The notes: generated by a model not told the origin, from the letters alone. Positions 1-15,911 are shown, counted from the stretch's first letter. The stretch: 64,000 nt of DNA from Eledone cirrhosa (GCA_964016885.1 OZ024759.1:35402001-35466000); one strand, 5' to 3'. Numbers and translations are program-made.

Positions 1-228
1 ATACAATACAACTGTGCCTGCCACTATACCATTTCAAAACCACACTATTGTATCACCATACCATCACACTATTGTACCACCATACCATCACACTATTGTA
101 CCACCATACCTCTACACCACCATACCATTATACCATTGTATCTTCATACTACCATACCACTGTGTCATCATACAACCATACCATTATGTCATCAGACCAT
201 TATACCACTATGTCATCATACCATTGTA

Positions 229-1203
229 CCACTATACCACCATTCCATTGTTCCACCATACCACTGTGTCATCCTACCACTATACCACCATTCCATTGTT
301 CCACCATACCACTGTGTCATCCTACCACTATACCACCATTCCATTGTTCCACCATACCACTGTGTCATCCTACCACTATACCACCATTCCATTGTTCCAC
401 CATACCACTGTGTCATCCTACCACTATACCACCATTCCATTGTTCCACCATACCACTGTGTCATCCTACCACTATACCACCATTCCATTGTTCCACCATA
501 CCACTGTGTCATCCTACCACTATACCACCATTCCATTGTTCCACCATACCACTGTGTCATCCTACCACTATACCACCATTCCATTGTTCCACCATACCAC
601 TGTGTCATCCTACCACTATACCACCATTCCATTGTTCCACCATACCACTGTGTCATCCTACCACTATACCACCATTCCATTGTTCCACCATACCACTGTG
701 TCATCCTACCACTATACCACCATTCCATTGTTCCACCATACCACTGTGTCATCCTACCACTATACCACCATTCCATTGTTCCACCATACCACTGTGTCAT
801 CCTACCACTATACCACCATTCCATTGTTCCACCATACCACTGTGTCATCCTACCACTATACCACCATTCCATTGTTCCACCATACCACTGTGTCATCCTA
901 CCACTATACCACCATTCCATTGTTCCACCATACCACTGTGTCATCCTACCACTATACCACCATTCCATTGTTCCACCATACCACTGTGTCATCCTACCAC
1001 TATACCACCATTCCATTGTTCCACCATACCACTGTGTCATCCTACCACTATACCACCATTCCATTGTTCCACCATACCACTGTGTCATCCTACCACTATA
1101 CCACCATTCCATTGTTCCACCATACCACTGTGTCATCCTACCACTATACCACCATTCCATTGTTCCACCATACCACTGTGTCATCCTACCATTATACCAC
1201 TGT
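229..1203. repeat. 48-bp minisatellite, about 20 near-identical copies
   Basis: Unit ccactataccaccattccattgttccaccataccactgtgtcatccta, with degenerate versions at 20-228. Confidence 0.95.
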
Positions 1204-1756
1204 GACCCAGCTCACAAAACTGACCTTTCTGTCTAGCTATTCTGTAAATGTTAAATATGTGAAGTGTTTGTGATAAATCTTCTTACATCAAAGGTTAACT
1301 GGTTAAATGGTATTGGGATGGTATTGGGATGTCTGCAGGAATTGTCCAAAGACATGTCTCTCTTCCACTTCACCCGATATATATATATATATTATCATAT
1401 ATATATACATGTATAGATCATCATATATATATATATGATGATATATACATGCATATATATGATAATATATACAATGATATTAAATAAATGTAAACTATAT
1501 TTATAAAACCATATTTATTCTATTATATATATTTCAAGGGTATCTATCATATTATGATAATATTTATATATTATCATATATATATATCATCACTTATATA
1601 TATATATCATCACATATATATATATATCATCACATATATATATATATCATCACATATATATATATATCATCACATATATATATATATATCATCATATATA
1701 TATATATATCATCACATATATATATATATCATCACATATATATATATATATATCAT

Positions 1757-1791
<35 letters not shown>

Positions 1792-1820
1792 TCACATATA
1801 TATATATATATATATATCAT

Positions 1821-1873
<53 letters not shown>

Positions 1874-1917
1874 TCACACACATATATATATATATATCAT
1901 CATATATATATATATAT

Positions 1918-2903
1918 ATAATATGGAGAACGAAGGATCAGTGATACATCAGAACACAATTTATTAACATATTACAATTGTTTCTCCGGTGAACAGCTTG
2001 AGGTGCAATCCAGTAACAGATCACACCTCAAGCTTGAGGTGCAATCCAGTAACAGATGACACCTCAAGCTTGAGGTGCAATCCAGTAACAGATGACACCT
2101 CAAGCTTGAGGTGCAATCCAGTAACAGATGACACCTCAAGCTTGAGGTGCAATCCAGTAACAGATGACACCTCAAGCTTGAGGTGCAATCCAGTAACAGA
2201 TGACACCTCAAGCTTGAGGTGCAATCCAGTAACAGATGACACCTCAAGCTTGAGGTGCAATCCAGTAACAGATGACACCTCAAGCTGGAGGTGCAATCCA
2301 GTAACAGATCACACCTCAAGCTTGAGGTGCAATCCAGTAACAGATGACACCTCAAGCTTGAGGTGCAATCCAGTAACAGATGACACCTCAAGCTGGAGGT
2401 GCAATCCAGTAACAGATCACACCTCAAGCTTGAGGTGCAATCCAGTAACAGATGACACCTCAAGCTTGAGGTGCAATCCAGTAACAGATGACACCTCAAG
2501 CTTGAGGTGCAATCCAGTAACAGATGACACCTCAAGCTTGAGGTGCAATCCAGTAACAGATGACACCTCAAGCTTGAGGTGCAATCCAGTAACAGATGAC
2601 ACCTCAAGCTTGAGGTGCAATCCAGTAACAGATGACACCTCAAGCTTGAGGTGCAATCCAGTAACAGATGACACCTCAAGCTGGAGGTGCAATCCAGTAA
2701 CAGATCACACCTCAAGCTTGAGGTGCAATCCAGTAACAGATCACACCTCAAGCTTGAGGTGCAATCCAGTAACAGATGACACCTCAAGCTTGAGGTGCAA
2801 TCCAGTAACAGATCACACCTCAAGCTGTTCACCGGAGAAACAATTGTAACATATTAATAAATTGTGTTTCGATGTATCACTGATTCTTCGTTCACCATAT
2901 TAT
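1918..2903. repeat. 36-bp tandem array (about 23 copies) enclosed by about 88-bp inverted repeats
   Basis: Unit agcttgaggtgcaatccagtaacagatgacacctca. Arms 1918-2005 and 2816-2903 are reverse complements. Related sequence occurs at 58362-58486. Confidence 0.93.
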
Positions 2904-3129
2904 TATACCGAAGGAGCATAGAGTGCTCAACCGGCACACCGCCTATGGAAGCATCCAAGCAACCTTACCACAAATATATGTATATATATATTAGTCCAGA
3001 ATTAGCCGTCGAAACGGCTTGAGCTCTGCCGTCAGGGTCATACTTGTTCCTATTACCCACTCTACTACCCTAAGTATTGAGTACTTTGGTGTGTTATGGT
3101 CTATCTGGTTCCTTATCACATTTCCTTCG

Positions 3130-3173
<44 letters not shown>

Positions 3174-4182
3174 TGAACACACATAGTGAAAAAAAGTGTG
3201 GACGTTAGAAAACGTTCTATGCAGATCCTGCTATATAAGGAAAATGATAAAAAAAAAGGGTTCGAAAAGCACACCTGATATATATATATATATATATATA
3301 AAGTTGATGTTAGCAAAGCCTGCTTTCTCCATTTAGGGTCTTCAAGACATTTGTTATCAGGTTAAATTGTTTTTTCATTAAAATCCTGCTTGCTGATTTT
3401 CGACCACATTAGTTCGGGTCACTTCTATCCTCGCTAAAGTAAGGGGTACAGAGGTTCACTTTGCCTTTCATACTTTAGGGGCCGATAAAGAAAGTATGAA
3501 CTCTCTCTCTTAGGGAGGGACATAGATAGATAGAGAGAGGTGGGGATAGAGAGAGGAGAGATAGAGAGAGGGGAGAGTGAAAGATAATGTAATTGAGAAA
3601 GAGAAGGTGAAAAGAGAGGGAGGGGGTAAGAGAGAGAAAGAATCAAAGAGAGAGAAAGAGAGAGGGAGAGAGATGGAGAAAAGACAGGGAAAGAGAAGGA
3701 GAGGGAGAGAAAGAGGAGAAAGAGAGTGTGTGAGGAGAAAGTGAGAGAGAGGAGGGGGAAAGAAGGAGAGGGAGTGTAGAGGTGGGGCGGGGGTAAGTAC
3801 AAATATGTCAGAATGCAGTACCACCCCCACCCCCATATTAACTACTGCGGTAATTAAAAGTACACCAATGCACTATTGTACACTGCATGTTGCATGAGAT
3901 CTGGTGCCATTGTCATATTCTTAAGGATTAGTTGTAACAAACTACTAATTACTTTGTAAATAATTAATTTGTCCCCTGCTGCAGTTGGTGGTGGTGCAGT
4001 TGCTTGTGCAATTATTGGTGGTGGTGATGGTGATGGTGCTCGTGTTGATGTTGGTGGTGATGGTGTTGTTGTTATTGTATATATATATATATATATTTAT
4101 ATCCTCTTCCTGCTATTTCAAGCGTTAAACTAATATATTCCTTCCATATACTGTACAGATTGTGTTGTTATTTCTGTTTACC

Positions 4183-4224
<42 letters not shown>

Positions 4225-4300
4225 GAAGGTGCATGGCTTAGTGTTTAGAGCTTGCAATCATGAGGTTGTGAGTTTGATTTTTGGACCGGGTGATGTGTAT

Positions 4301-4331
<31 letters not shown>

Positions 4332-4378
4332 AAGTGAATAATAACATGGTCAACAGTACAAACAAGGAGATTTATTTA

Positions 4379-4486
4379 CAGTCTAACAATTGTTTCCATG
4401 ATAGAGTTGTCTAGAAATTGCTAAACACTGAAGACAGCATAACTCAATTTAAAATACATACAACCTCCATCATTTCATCAGAAACT
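4379..4486 (-). ncRNA. Type I hammerhead ribozyme motif with extended stem II
   Basis: cagttt-CTGATGA-a-atgatgga...tctatcat-g-GAA-ACAATTGT-T|agactg. Stems I and II pair, and stem III is palindromic. Confidence 0.65.
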
Positions 4487-5932
4487 GATAAGAAATACAA
4501 AATACATGCGTAACGGTAAACTTATAAATTCTCTCTATATATAAACAGTATATACACTATATATGGGAAATGTATTTGAGTTGGTGGTGGTAGTGGTGGT
4601 GGCGGTGGTGGTGTTAGTGAATGGTAGTGTTGGTGGTAGTAGTGGTGGTAGAAGTGGTGGTGATGTTAGTGAATGGTAGTGTTGGTGGTAGTGGTGGCGG
4701 TAGTAGTGGTGGTGGTGTTAGTGAATGGTAGTGTTGGTGGTGGTGGTGGTAGTAGTAAATGTGAGGTGGTGGTGTTAGTGAATGGCAGTGGTGGTGGTAG
4801 TAGTGGTGGTGGTAGTGGTGATAGTATATGGTGGTAGTGGTGGTGGTGGTATGTGGTGGTAGCGGTAGTGGTAGTGGTGGTAGTAGTTGTGGTGGTGGTG
4901 GTAGTAGTGGTGGTGGTGTTAGTGAATAGCAGTGGTGGTGGCGGTAGTAGTGGTGGTGGTGGTAGTGGTGGTGTTGGTGGTAGTGGCAGTAGTGGTAGTG
5001 GTGGTGGAGGTGGTGGTGTTGGTGGTGGTGAATAGTAGTGTTGGTGGTAGTGGTGGTAGTGGTGGTGTTGGTGGTAGTGGCAGTAGTGGTAGTGGTGGTG
5101 GTGGTGTTGGTGGTGGTGAATAGTAGTGTTGGTGATAGTGGTGGTGGTGGTAGTGTTGGTAGTGGTAGTGTTGGTGGTGGTGGTGGTGTAATTGTTGATT
5201 AAATATTTCTCAAAACAATCATCACATTGCATGTGATAAGGATTACAATGAATGTTTTGATGAATAGGATTATCTCTAATGAGTTTGAACTTAAGTACAA
5301 GATAACGAGGTCATGTGGTCACAAGATAACAATGTCATGAGGTCACCATATAACGATGTCATGAGGTCACCATATAACGATGTCATGAGGTCACCATATA
5401 ACGATGTCATGAGGTCAAGAAGTCACCATATAATGATGTCATGAGGTCATGAGGTCACGATGTTGCAAGATTAGGAAGTTACAAGGACATAAGGACCCTC
5501 CCAGCAGGATTTAAACTGAGAATTTAATGTGGTGGGGTAAGTGCTCATGTGGTCATGAGGTCACCGGGTCATGAGGTCATAGGTCACCCCCAGCAGGATT
5601 TGAACTGAGAACTTAATGAGGGTGGTGTGGGGTAAGAGGTCACAAGGTCATTATAAAATACACCCAGTACACTCTGTAAACTAGTTTCTGATAGGAAGGA
5701 CATTTAGCTGTAGAAAGCAAAGGGCTGAGGTGACCTTTCTGTTGTGTCAAAGACATGACAACCTCTGTAATATTGGTGACATTATAAAATACACCCAGTA
5801 CACTCTGTAAAGTATGGATATATATATATAAGTGAGATGTCGGCCCCCCTCACTGACCTGTCTGAGAGGTCAGAGGCTGAGATTAAGTATTGTTTTGGTC
5901 TATGACAACCCATTGAACCCTTAATGATGGTA

Positions 5933-6013
<81 letters not shown>

Positions 6014-7336
6014 GTGGTGGTGTGTGGTGATGATGATGATGTGGTGATGGTGGTAATGATGATGTGGTGATGATGATGATGATGGTGGTGATGATGGTGA
6101 TGAAGGTCATGATGATGATGTGTGCTCAGCTTGCTCTTTCTCTCTCTCTCTCTGTCTGTCAGTCTCTCTCTCTCAACTTGACTGAGTACAACACTCATAC
6201 TCATCTCTGAGTGCCACTCAACCAAGTGAAGCTTAAATCAACACAATTGAGGGCAAGTTAAGTATTAGGATGAAAGTCAGGGATAGTTTCCAAAAGACCA
6301 ATCACTTTGGAAACTCCAGCAATCATCTGAAAAACATTGATCTTTTATTGGCTACGTTACAATCAAAATTATTTTAACCAGCTTCAACCACAACAGACAC
6401 AGCATCTTATACCTCGGAACTTTCCATGTTCCATTTCACTTTTGGTTTGGCGCCAAATGTTAGTTAATTAATCTTTCTATTTGTGGTCTCACTGGCCAGA
6501 CCGTTTCATTTCGGTCAACATTGTTCTATGTTCATGTCGGAAGCATTATTGAGGATTATAAATTATGGTTGACTTATACAGAAAGTATTGGGGAAACTTG
6601 AAATTAAAAAAAAAAAAAAAAAAATACAGTCGCCACAATACAGATAACTATAATAATAGTTGATAACTGTAAAGTGGTCGTGTAGGTGTCATGATACAAA
6701 GCACCCAGTTCACACCACACCAAACCACAGCACACCACAACACACCACACTCCACTCAACCCTATCTCACTACACATCACACACCACACTCTACACAACA
6801 CACCACACTCCACTCAACCCTATCCCACTACACATCACACTCTCCACAACACACCACACTCTACACAACACACCACACCCCTCACAACACTCCACTCAAC
6901 CCTATTCCACATCAGTCCACTCGACACACCACACCACACTCTACACAACACACCACACTCCACTCAACCCTATCCCACTACACATCACACTCTCCACAAC
7001 ACACCACACCACACTCCACTCAACCCTATTCCACATCACACTCCACTCGACACACCACACCACACTCTACACAACACATCACACTCCACTCGATAACCCC
7101 CCCTTTACTCATTGTTTCATTTCTTTCTTTCTCTCTATTTCAGTTCGTCTCTCCAATAGCCGGGATATAAAAGCAACAAAAAGCCTCACTCCACTCAACA
7201 CTCAACGTTCAACTCCATACTTCACTCCAGCCTGTTTTAATGCTTCTACTGCTGCCTCGTCCACTTCCTCCTTCTTCTACTCCCCCTCTTCCTCCCGTTT
7301 CTTCAACCTTCCAGTAGAAGAATCAAGCGATCAAAA

Positions 7337-7504
7337 ATGAGTGACTGGGGAGTAATTGTCTTGGTTGTCATGGTGATTGGTGCTCTAGCTGGAGGTATTG
7401 TGATGCTGCTTCGACTCTATGGAGTTTATAATCTAACATCTTGTTTCGCTTATGGAGAAGAGAAAGCTGTTCTAACAAAGAATGATCATTATAATGGCTA
7501 CATG
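7337..7504 (+). CDS. SYT12: SYT12-like coding exon 1 (TM helix)
   Basis: ATG at 7337. Encodes [30 protein letters not shown]...NGYM. Donor GTAAGA at 7505. A likely acceptor at 7141-7143 implies an upstream non-coding exon. Confidence 0.85.
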
Positions 7505-10209
7505 GTAAGATATTGTTACCTTTTGCTACATCGCTATCTAATACAGTGGTTCTCAACCTTGTCTTGCCAATGGTACACCTTGGAACTCATGAAAAGATAG
7601 AGGCACACCTGGCTAAATATATATGGAAAATATTTGGCATACAACTGTAGACACAGACAAGTAATAGATGGCATACAACTGTAGACACAGACAAGTCATA
7701 GACGGCATACAACTGTAGACACAGACAAGTCATAGACGGCATACAACTGTAGACACAGACTAGTCATAGATGGCATACAACTGTAGACACAGACAAGTCA
7801 TAGACGGCATACAACTGTAGACACAGACTAGTCATAGACGGCATACAACTGTAGACACAGACTAGTCATAGATGGCATACAACTGTAGACACAGACTAGT
7901 CATAGATGGCATACAACTGTAGACACAGACTAGTCATAGATGGCATACAACTGTAGACACAGACTAGTCATAGATGGCATACAACTGTAGACACAGACAA
8001 GTCATAGACGGCATACAACTGTAGACACAGACTAGTCATAGATGGCATACAACTGTAGACACAGACAAGTCATAGACGGCATACAACTGTAGACACAGAC
8101 AAGTCATAGAAGGTATACAACTGTAGACACAGACTAGTCATAGATGGCATACAACTGTAGACACAGACAAGTCATAGACGGCATACAACTGTAGACACAG
8201 ACTAGTCATAGATGGCATACAACTGTAGACACAGACTAGTCATAGATGGCATACAACTGTAGACACAGACAAGTCATAGAAGGTATACAACTGTAGACAC
8301 AGACTAGTCATAGATGGCATACAACTGTAGACACAGACTAGTCATAGACGGCATACAACTGTAGACACAGACTAGTCATAGACGGCATACAACTGTAGAC
8401 ACAGACAAGTCATAGACGGCATACAACTGTAGACACAGACAAGTCATAGATGGCATACAACTGTAGACACAGACAAGTCATAGATGGCATACAACAGTAG
8501 ACACAGACTAGTCATAGACGGCATACAACTGTAGACACAGACTAGTCATAGACGGCATACAACTGTAGACACAGACAAGTCATAGAAGGTATACAACTGT
8601 AGACACAGACAAGTCATAGAAGGTATACAACTGTAGACACAGACAAGTCATAGATGGCATACAACTGTAGACATAGACTAGTCATAGACGGTATACAATC
8701 GTACAGCTATAAACTTACTTTATTGCAGTGTTTTCAATTTCATCAGTCAAATAGTTGGCTTCTTTAGTGAGAAATTTGTCCCTGGCTTTTATTCATAATT
8801 TCCTCAATGTTTGGTTGAATATGAGACAGACACACCTTCATTTCTTCTTCCATTGTACGTAATCCCTTTTTCTTAGTGTGCTGTTCAAAATTTCGCGGCA
8901 CACTTAGGAAGATCTCGTGGCACACTGGTTGAGAATCACTGATCTAATACCTTGTCTTATTTTTACTCTGACTCACCTCATTGCTTTCTGGGTTCAAACC
9001 CCACTCAGCTCAACTTTGCTTCTCATCTTTTCAGGATCAATAAAATAATTATTGGCCTATTGTAGATCTAATGGTATAGGATGTTACCTTCGCTTCTCGT
9101 GTATGAGACTATTGCTGGCTCAGGTTGTCATCTTTGATCGCCTGATCCAGATCAGAGATCAGCAATCAGTTTCTGGAGCCCACTGCAAGGAGGTCAACAA
9201 CTTGGGCCCCGTTCTTCTGCATATGTGACTGTTACAGTCTCAGGTTGTTCTTGTCATTCACCTGATCCAGCAATTAGTTTCCAGAACCCACTGCAAGGAG
9301 ATCGACAACTTGGGTTCCATAGGATGTTATGATGTCGGAGGATATTATAACTCGGTATTAAAATTATCTTGTGTGGGATCAACTGAGCTGGGTATTAAAC
9401 TATTTTATGGGAAATTATCTTAGCCAGGTATTAAAGTATCTGATGGAGATTGATCAACTGAGTCAGGTATTAAAGTATCTGGTGGAGATTAACTGAGCCA
9501 GGTATTAAGAGGAAGTTCAAATGGAGTTCAAGTGAACTGGATATTAAAGAAGTCAGATGAGGATCAGTTGAGCTGGATATAAGGGGAGGTTCAAATGGGA
9601 TTCAGGTGAGCTGGATATTTAAGATATCAGGTAGGGATCAACTGAGTCAGGAATTAATGCTATCAGGGAAAGTTCGAATGGGGTTCAAGAGAGCTGGATC
9701 AACTGAACCAGGTATGTAGCTGATGTATGTAATGACATGAGATGGTATGGGCCTCGTGAATAGTGGTGAGTATTTGCGAGAGAAGATGAGTGAAGTCAAT
9801 ATAATATGAAGCGGTGAGGTAAATACCAGGGATAGTGAGAAATGCCTAGTGGAGAAGATGGAGAAGAGAAATGATGATGATGATAAAGGAGATGGTGATA
9901 ATGGAGATAGTGATACTGATGATGGCAGTGGTGATGGTGATGGTGATTAGGGTGAGTGTGATGATGGCAGTGGTGATGGTGATGGTGATTAGGGTGAGTG
10001 TGATGGTGATTAGGGTGAGCGTGATGATGGCAGTGATGGTGATGGTGGTGATGGTGATTAGGGTGAGTGTGGTGATGGTGATGGTGATGATAATAATCAC
10101 CATCATCAGTATCATTATCACCATTATGATCATGGATATGATGACAACGATGATGGTGTAATGAACATGTGCGTAGTAGGTGTAAATATCTAAAAGAGAG
10201 AGAGAGGTG

Positions 10210-10241
<32 letters not shown>

Positions 10242-10244
10242 GTG

Positions 10245-10276
<32 letters not shown>

Positions 10277-10410
10277 GTGATATATATATAGAGAGAGAGA
10301 GAGGAGAGAGAGGGGGAGAGAGGGGGGGAGGGAGAGAGAGATGGAGAGAGAGGGAGAGAGAGAAAGAAAGAGAGAGAGGGAGAGAGAGATAGAGAGAGAG
10401 GGTGAGAGAG

Positions 10411-10466
<56 letters not shown>

Positions 10467-11586
10467 TATTGATTAAGTTGTTTTGGCAATGTCTCTGTTA
10501 TGTGGATTAAAATATAATTTAGATGATGGTTAGTTGTAATATATTACCATAACCATCATCACCTCCACCATAACCATCACCATCACCATCATAACTATCA
10601 TCACCTCCACCATAACCATCATCACCATCACCATCATAACCATCACTGCCATTATCACTGCCATCAGAACCATCATCACCGCCATCATAACCAACATCAT
10701 CACTGCCATCATAACCATCATCATAACCATCATAACCATCATCACCGCCATCATCACCATCACAATCATAACCATCACCATCACTGCCATCATAACCATC
10801 ATCATAACCATCATCACCATCACAATCATAACCATCACCATCACTGCCATCATAACCATCACCATCACCATCATAACCATCACCATCACCGCCATCACCA
10901 TCACAATCATAACCATCATCATCACCGCCATCATAACCAACATCATTTTCATCATCATCAATATTTCACCACCATCATCAGCATAATCATCATATGGTGA
11001 TAGTGATTATGATGGTGGTGAAATGATGATGATGATGGCAATGATGATAGTGATGGTGGTGATGATGATGGTGATGATGATATTTATGGCACCAGTATCC
11101 TTCTCTTTCACCACAGTTACCATACCTTACCTTTAATTATTATATTATTATTACAGGTGAGCTCCGAAAACGATTTTGTATTGGACACAAGCGGTAAATT
11201 TGTCCAGTACGACACCTTACAAAGTGACCCTAAGTACATTAACATGGCCAGTGATTCCCCACCCCCAGAGCCAAGCCCTGTGGCCAGTCCTGTATCTCAG
11301 CCTTCGACATCTATAGGTAAGTCTCACAACACTCAAGATGTTACTTCTTTCAATATATATATATTGGAAGAAGAGTTTGGATCTAGCCATTGAAACAGCC
11401 AGAGCTCAGCCGTCGGGGTCCTGACTCTTTTCCTATATATATATATATACACCCACTTACATCTCTCTCTCCACCACCGGATCTTGTTACCCGGAGATTT
11501 ACCCATTTGCATTGTCGAGGCTTCCAAATGACTTAAAGATATTTACCTATTATTCCACAATGCTTCAAGCAAACTTCAATACTCTC

Positions 11587-11627
<41 letters not shown>

Positions 11628-12019
11628 ATTAGTCCTTCATCAGTGATCTTCCAGCCTTCATTGGTATTTCATCGCTTTAAAGATCATATACCTCTGGTTG
11701 GTGCGAGCAACGGCTAAAGAAGGTCGATGGGACACGTAATAGGGGGAACGAGCGAGACAGTAAACAAACAAACAAATATATATATATATGTAGGTAACAC
11801 GGTAAAAAGTTCCCAGTCCATACTGTAAATGTGGTCGGTGTTAGGAAGGGCATCCAGCCGTAGAAAACCTGCCAGACAGTCCTATACGAGGGAGACACGG
11901 TCACCCGACCAATCTTGCCTCAAGTGGGACAATTCCCATCTAACCCATGCTAGCTTGGAAGATAGACGTTAAACGAAGATGATGATATATATATATATGT
12001 GTGTGTGTGTGAGTTTGTG

Positions 12020-12091
<72 letters not shown>

Positions 12092-12111
12092 AGTGTGTGA
12101 GTTTGTGTGTT

Positions 12112-12143
<32 letters not shown>

Positions 12144-12163
12144 AGTGTGTGAGTTTGTGTGTT

Positions 12164-12225
<62 letters not shown>

Positions 12226-12332
12226 AATGTGTGTGTGTTTGTGTATGAGTCTGTATATATATATATGTACTGAAGTAAAAGTTAAGTGGAAATATCCAAG
12301 ATTAAGAGCACTCAGTCCATAGGACGAGTTTA

Positions 12333-12375
<43 letters not shown>

Positions 12376-12609
12376 TAAATATACACGGGTGTGTATGATT
12401 GTGTATAGAAGATTATATTAATAAAAGGAATTCCAAACTTGACTGTCACTACACATTATGAACCTGAAGATTGCGAAAGCATGAAAGTACTTGTTCAATT
12501 AACACTTAACATTTAATATTCTACCATACTATTTCATTCTAATAACATTATACATTTTAAAGGATTGTAAATAAAACGAGTAAATCAGACAAAGTTGGAA
12601 TTCCTTTTA

Positions 12610-12669
<60 letters not shown>

Positions 12670-15600
12670 CCACTCTATTATACCATTATACTATACCACT
12701 CTACCTTTACTACTATTTCTATCATGATATTTAACCAACATTTACCATTTTTTTCCTTCAGCTTCTGACTTTGAACTTGGTCATGGCATCAGACGTGCTG
12801 AGTCTTGTGAAAGTGTTGCCTCAGATTGTTCAGTCTTTGACATGCAGCCCGACATGCCCAAAATAGGTCAGCTAGAGTTTGCTATAGAATATGACAAGTA
12901 AGTCCTTTCTCTGTCAATTATGATTTTATTTCTTCTATGTATAAATTATCTTGCTCGGGGTATTCCCCTGGGTCTCCTGCCAGTTGGTTTTACCAGCAAA
13001 ATATGTCCAGCTATTCTTTCCTGAGACGTTCTAATCACATACCTATAATATCGGAGCTGTGATCTCTCAAATCTGTTCAGTGATTCTTTCCTGAGGTATT
13101 CTAACCACATACCTATAATATCGGAGCTGTGATCTCTCAAATCTGTTCAGTGATTCTTTTCTGAGACGTTCTAATCACATGCCTATGGTATCGGAGCTGT
13201 GATCTCTCAAATCTGTTCAGTGATTCTTTTCTGAGACGTTCTAATCACATGCCTATGGTATCGGAGCTGTGATCTCTCAAATCTGTTCAGTGATTCTTTT
13301 CTGAGACGTTCTAATCACATGCCTATAATATCGGAGCTGTGATCTCTCAAATCTGTTCAGTGATTCTTTTCTGAGACGTTCTAATCACATGCCTATGGTA
13401 TCGGAGCTGAGATCTCTCAATTCAGAGAAGTAGCAGCTCTACCTGGAGTGACCCTCTGATCTCTGAGCTACACACTCTATCAAGTAACATTACTCTAAAG
13501 ACCCTTCACAGGAACCTCATTTTGGCCACTTGCATTCGTGATTGTATTCTTTCGGTCATTACCCAAGATTCTTGACCACAGGTAAGGGTTGGCACAAATA
13601 CCGAATTGTAGATAATGAGTTTGGCTTTTATATCTACCATCCATGAGCTTGGCTGGTCTTGCTTGGGGATCCAGCCAGATTAGTTGGAGACGGTTGCCTG
13701 ACAGGACCTACTGGAAGGAGTGTTTGAGGACTCTGACCCCATGCCCCTCTCAGGGTTTAGTAGGGGAAGAAGATGTATAAATTACTTTATTTCAAAATAC
13801 TCAAATATATTCCCAGGATATGTGGTAAGAAACTCTCAGGAGGGCTGGACAACAGAAAGTCTTCAGAGAAGAAACCTCCCTGCCCTCAAGCGAGTGTTTC
13901 AGATCTTAACTTTTTACACTTGAAGAGAGGCCTGGGCTGCATCCAGTTGTTATTGTACTGTTTCTGTGTGTGTAGTTGTGTTGGTGTGATAGTGTGTGTA
14001 CAGTTGTGGCTGTTGTGTTGATATGTGTGTAGGTATGACTGTTGTGAATGTTGTGTTGTGACTGTTGTGTTGATATGTGTGTAGGTATGCCTGTTGTGTT
14101 GTGACTGTTGTGTTGATATGTGTGTAGGTATGACTGTTGTGTTGTGACTGTTGTGTTGATATGCGTGTAGTTGTGAATGTTGTGTTGATATGAATGTTGT
14201 GTTGTGACTGTTGTGTTGATATGTGTGAGGTATGACTGTTGTGTTGATATGTGTGAGGTATGACTGTTGTGTATACTGTTGTGTTGTGACTGTTGTGAGT
14301 GCTGTATGTACAGTTGTAAGTGTTGTGTATACTGTTGTGTCTACTGTTATGTTGGTGTGTCTACAATTGTGACTGTTGTGTTGGTGTGTCTACAATTGTG
14401 ACTGTGGTGAGTCTTGTGTCTGTAGTTGAAGCTACTATATATAGTTGTGACCCATTGTTGTTCTCTCTCCCCCAGGGAAGTATCTGAGCTGGTCCTCAGT
14501 ATTATTCAAGCTAAAGATCTGGAACCCAACCAGTTTACAGGGTCTTTAGATACCTACATCCGTGTGATGATGCTTGGGGACAGAACTACCAAATTCTCCA
14601 CCAAAGTAAGTTCTATCACAACATCATCATCACCATCATCTTCAACAACATCAACATCAACAACTAATAACAACAACAATATTATTTCCTATTTTTTTGG
14701 CACAAGTTCATCAAATTGTTTTATGTATGGAGGGGGAGGGGCAGTCGGTTATATCGACCCCAGTATATAGCTGGTGCTTTATTTTAGATTGAGCCTCAGA
14801 TGTTATGAAAGGTAAAGGTGACCTTGGCAGGTTTTAAAATCAGAATGTAAGGGGACATAACACCATACTGCAAAGTATTTCAGCCAAAGTGTTAACAATT
14901 GTGTCAATAATAATGGTTTCTGATTTAGGCACAAGGCCAGCAATTTGAAGAGGGAGGGGAAAGTCGATTAAATCGACCCCAGTGTATTACTGGTACTTTA
15001 TTCTATCGACCCCCGTAAGGATGAAAGGCAAAGCTAACCTCAGCGGGATTTGAACTCAAAATGTAAAGGGTCGTAACTCTATGCCACAAAGCATGTTGTC
15101 CAACGCTCTACCACTTACTGGCAATAATAATTAAATTATTTATTTATCAGCTAGGTATTACAAAGTGTAAAGGGTCGTAACTCTATGCCACAAAGCATGT
15201 TGTCCAACGCTCTACCACTTACTGGCAATAATAATTAAATTATTTATTTATCAGCGAGGTATTACAAAATGTAAAGGGTCGTAACTCTATGCCACAAAGC
15301 ATGTTGTCCAACGCTCTACCACTTACTGGCAATAATAATTAAATTATTTATTTATCAGCTAGGTATTACAAAGTGGAGTCTCCAGACAAGGGGAGGTAAT
15401 AAGGAGAATATCAAATATTCATAGACTGAAAGATGTTATGAGAGGGAGGGGGAGGTTGTGTGGTGTAAGTCACATGATGATAATTGTGGCAATGGTACAT
15501 CTCTTTCTCTCTCTCTTTCCCCTTCTTTCTTACTCTCTCTCTCTATATATAGATGCATATATGTGTATCTATATACACATATATGTGTGTATATATATAT

Positions 15601-15877
15601 ATATATATTTAATATAGAAGGGCTTCTACAGGACTAGAACTGTTTCATTCGGGAGAAATCATCAGGAAGCTGGATGATTTTTCCCGAATGAAACAGTTCT
15701 AGTCCTGTAGAAGCCTTTTCTATATTAAATATTTATACTCTGCTTTGTATTGAGTACCTTACTTACTGTGGTTACCTCCGGTTGAACCCGGGATAAACTT
15801 ATATATATATATACACAGACACACACATATATATATATATATATATGTATATACATATATGAAATTATATATATACA

Positions 15878-15911
<34 letters not shown>

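Noticed and set aside
14-1273. Long ORFs in several frames
   Set aside because: They are translations of a stop-free 48-bp minisatellite.
1994-2827. CRISPR-like look (36-bp period, palindromic part)
   Set aside because: There are no unique spacers and no cas genes, and the context is eukaryotic.
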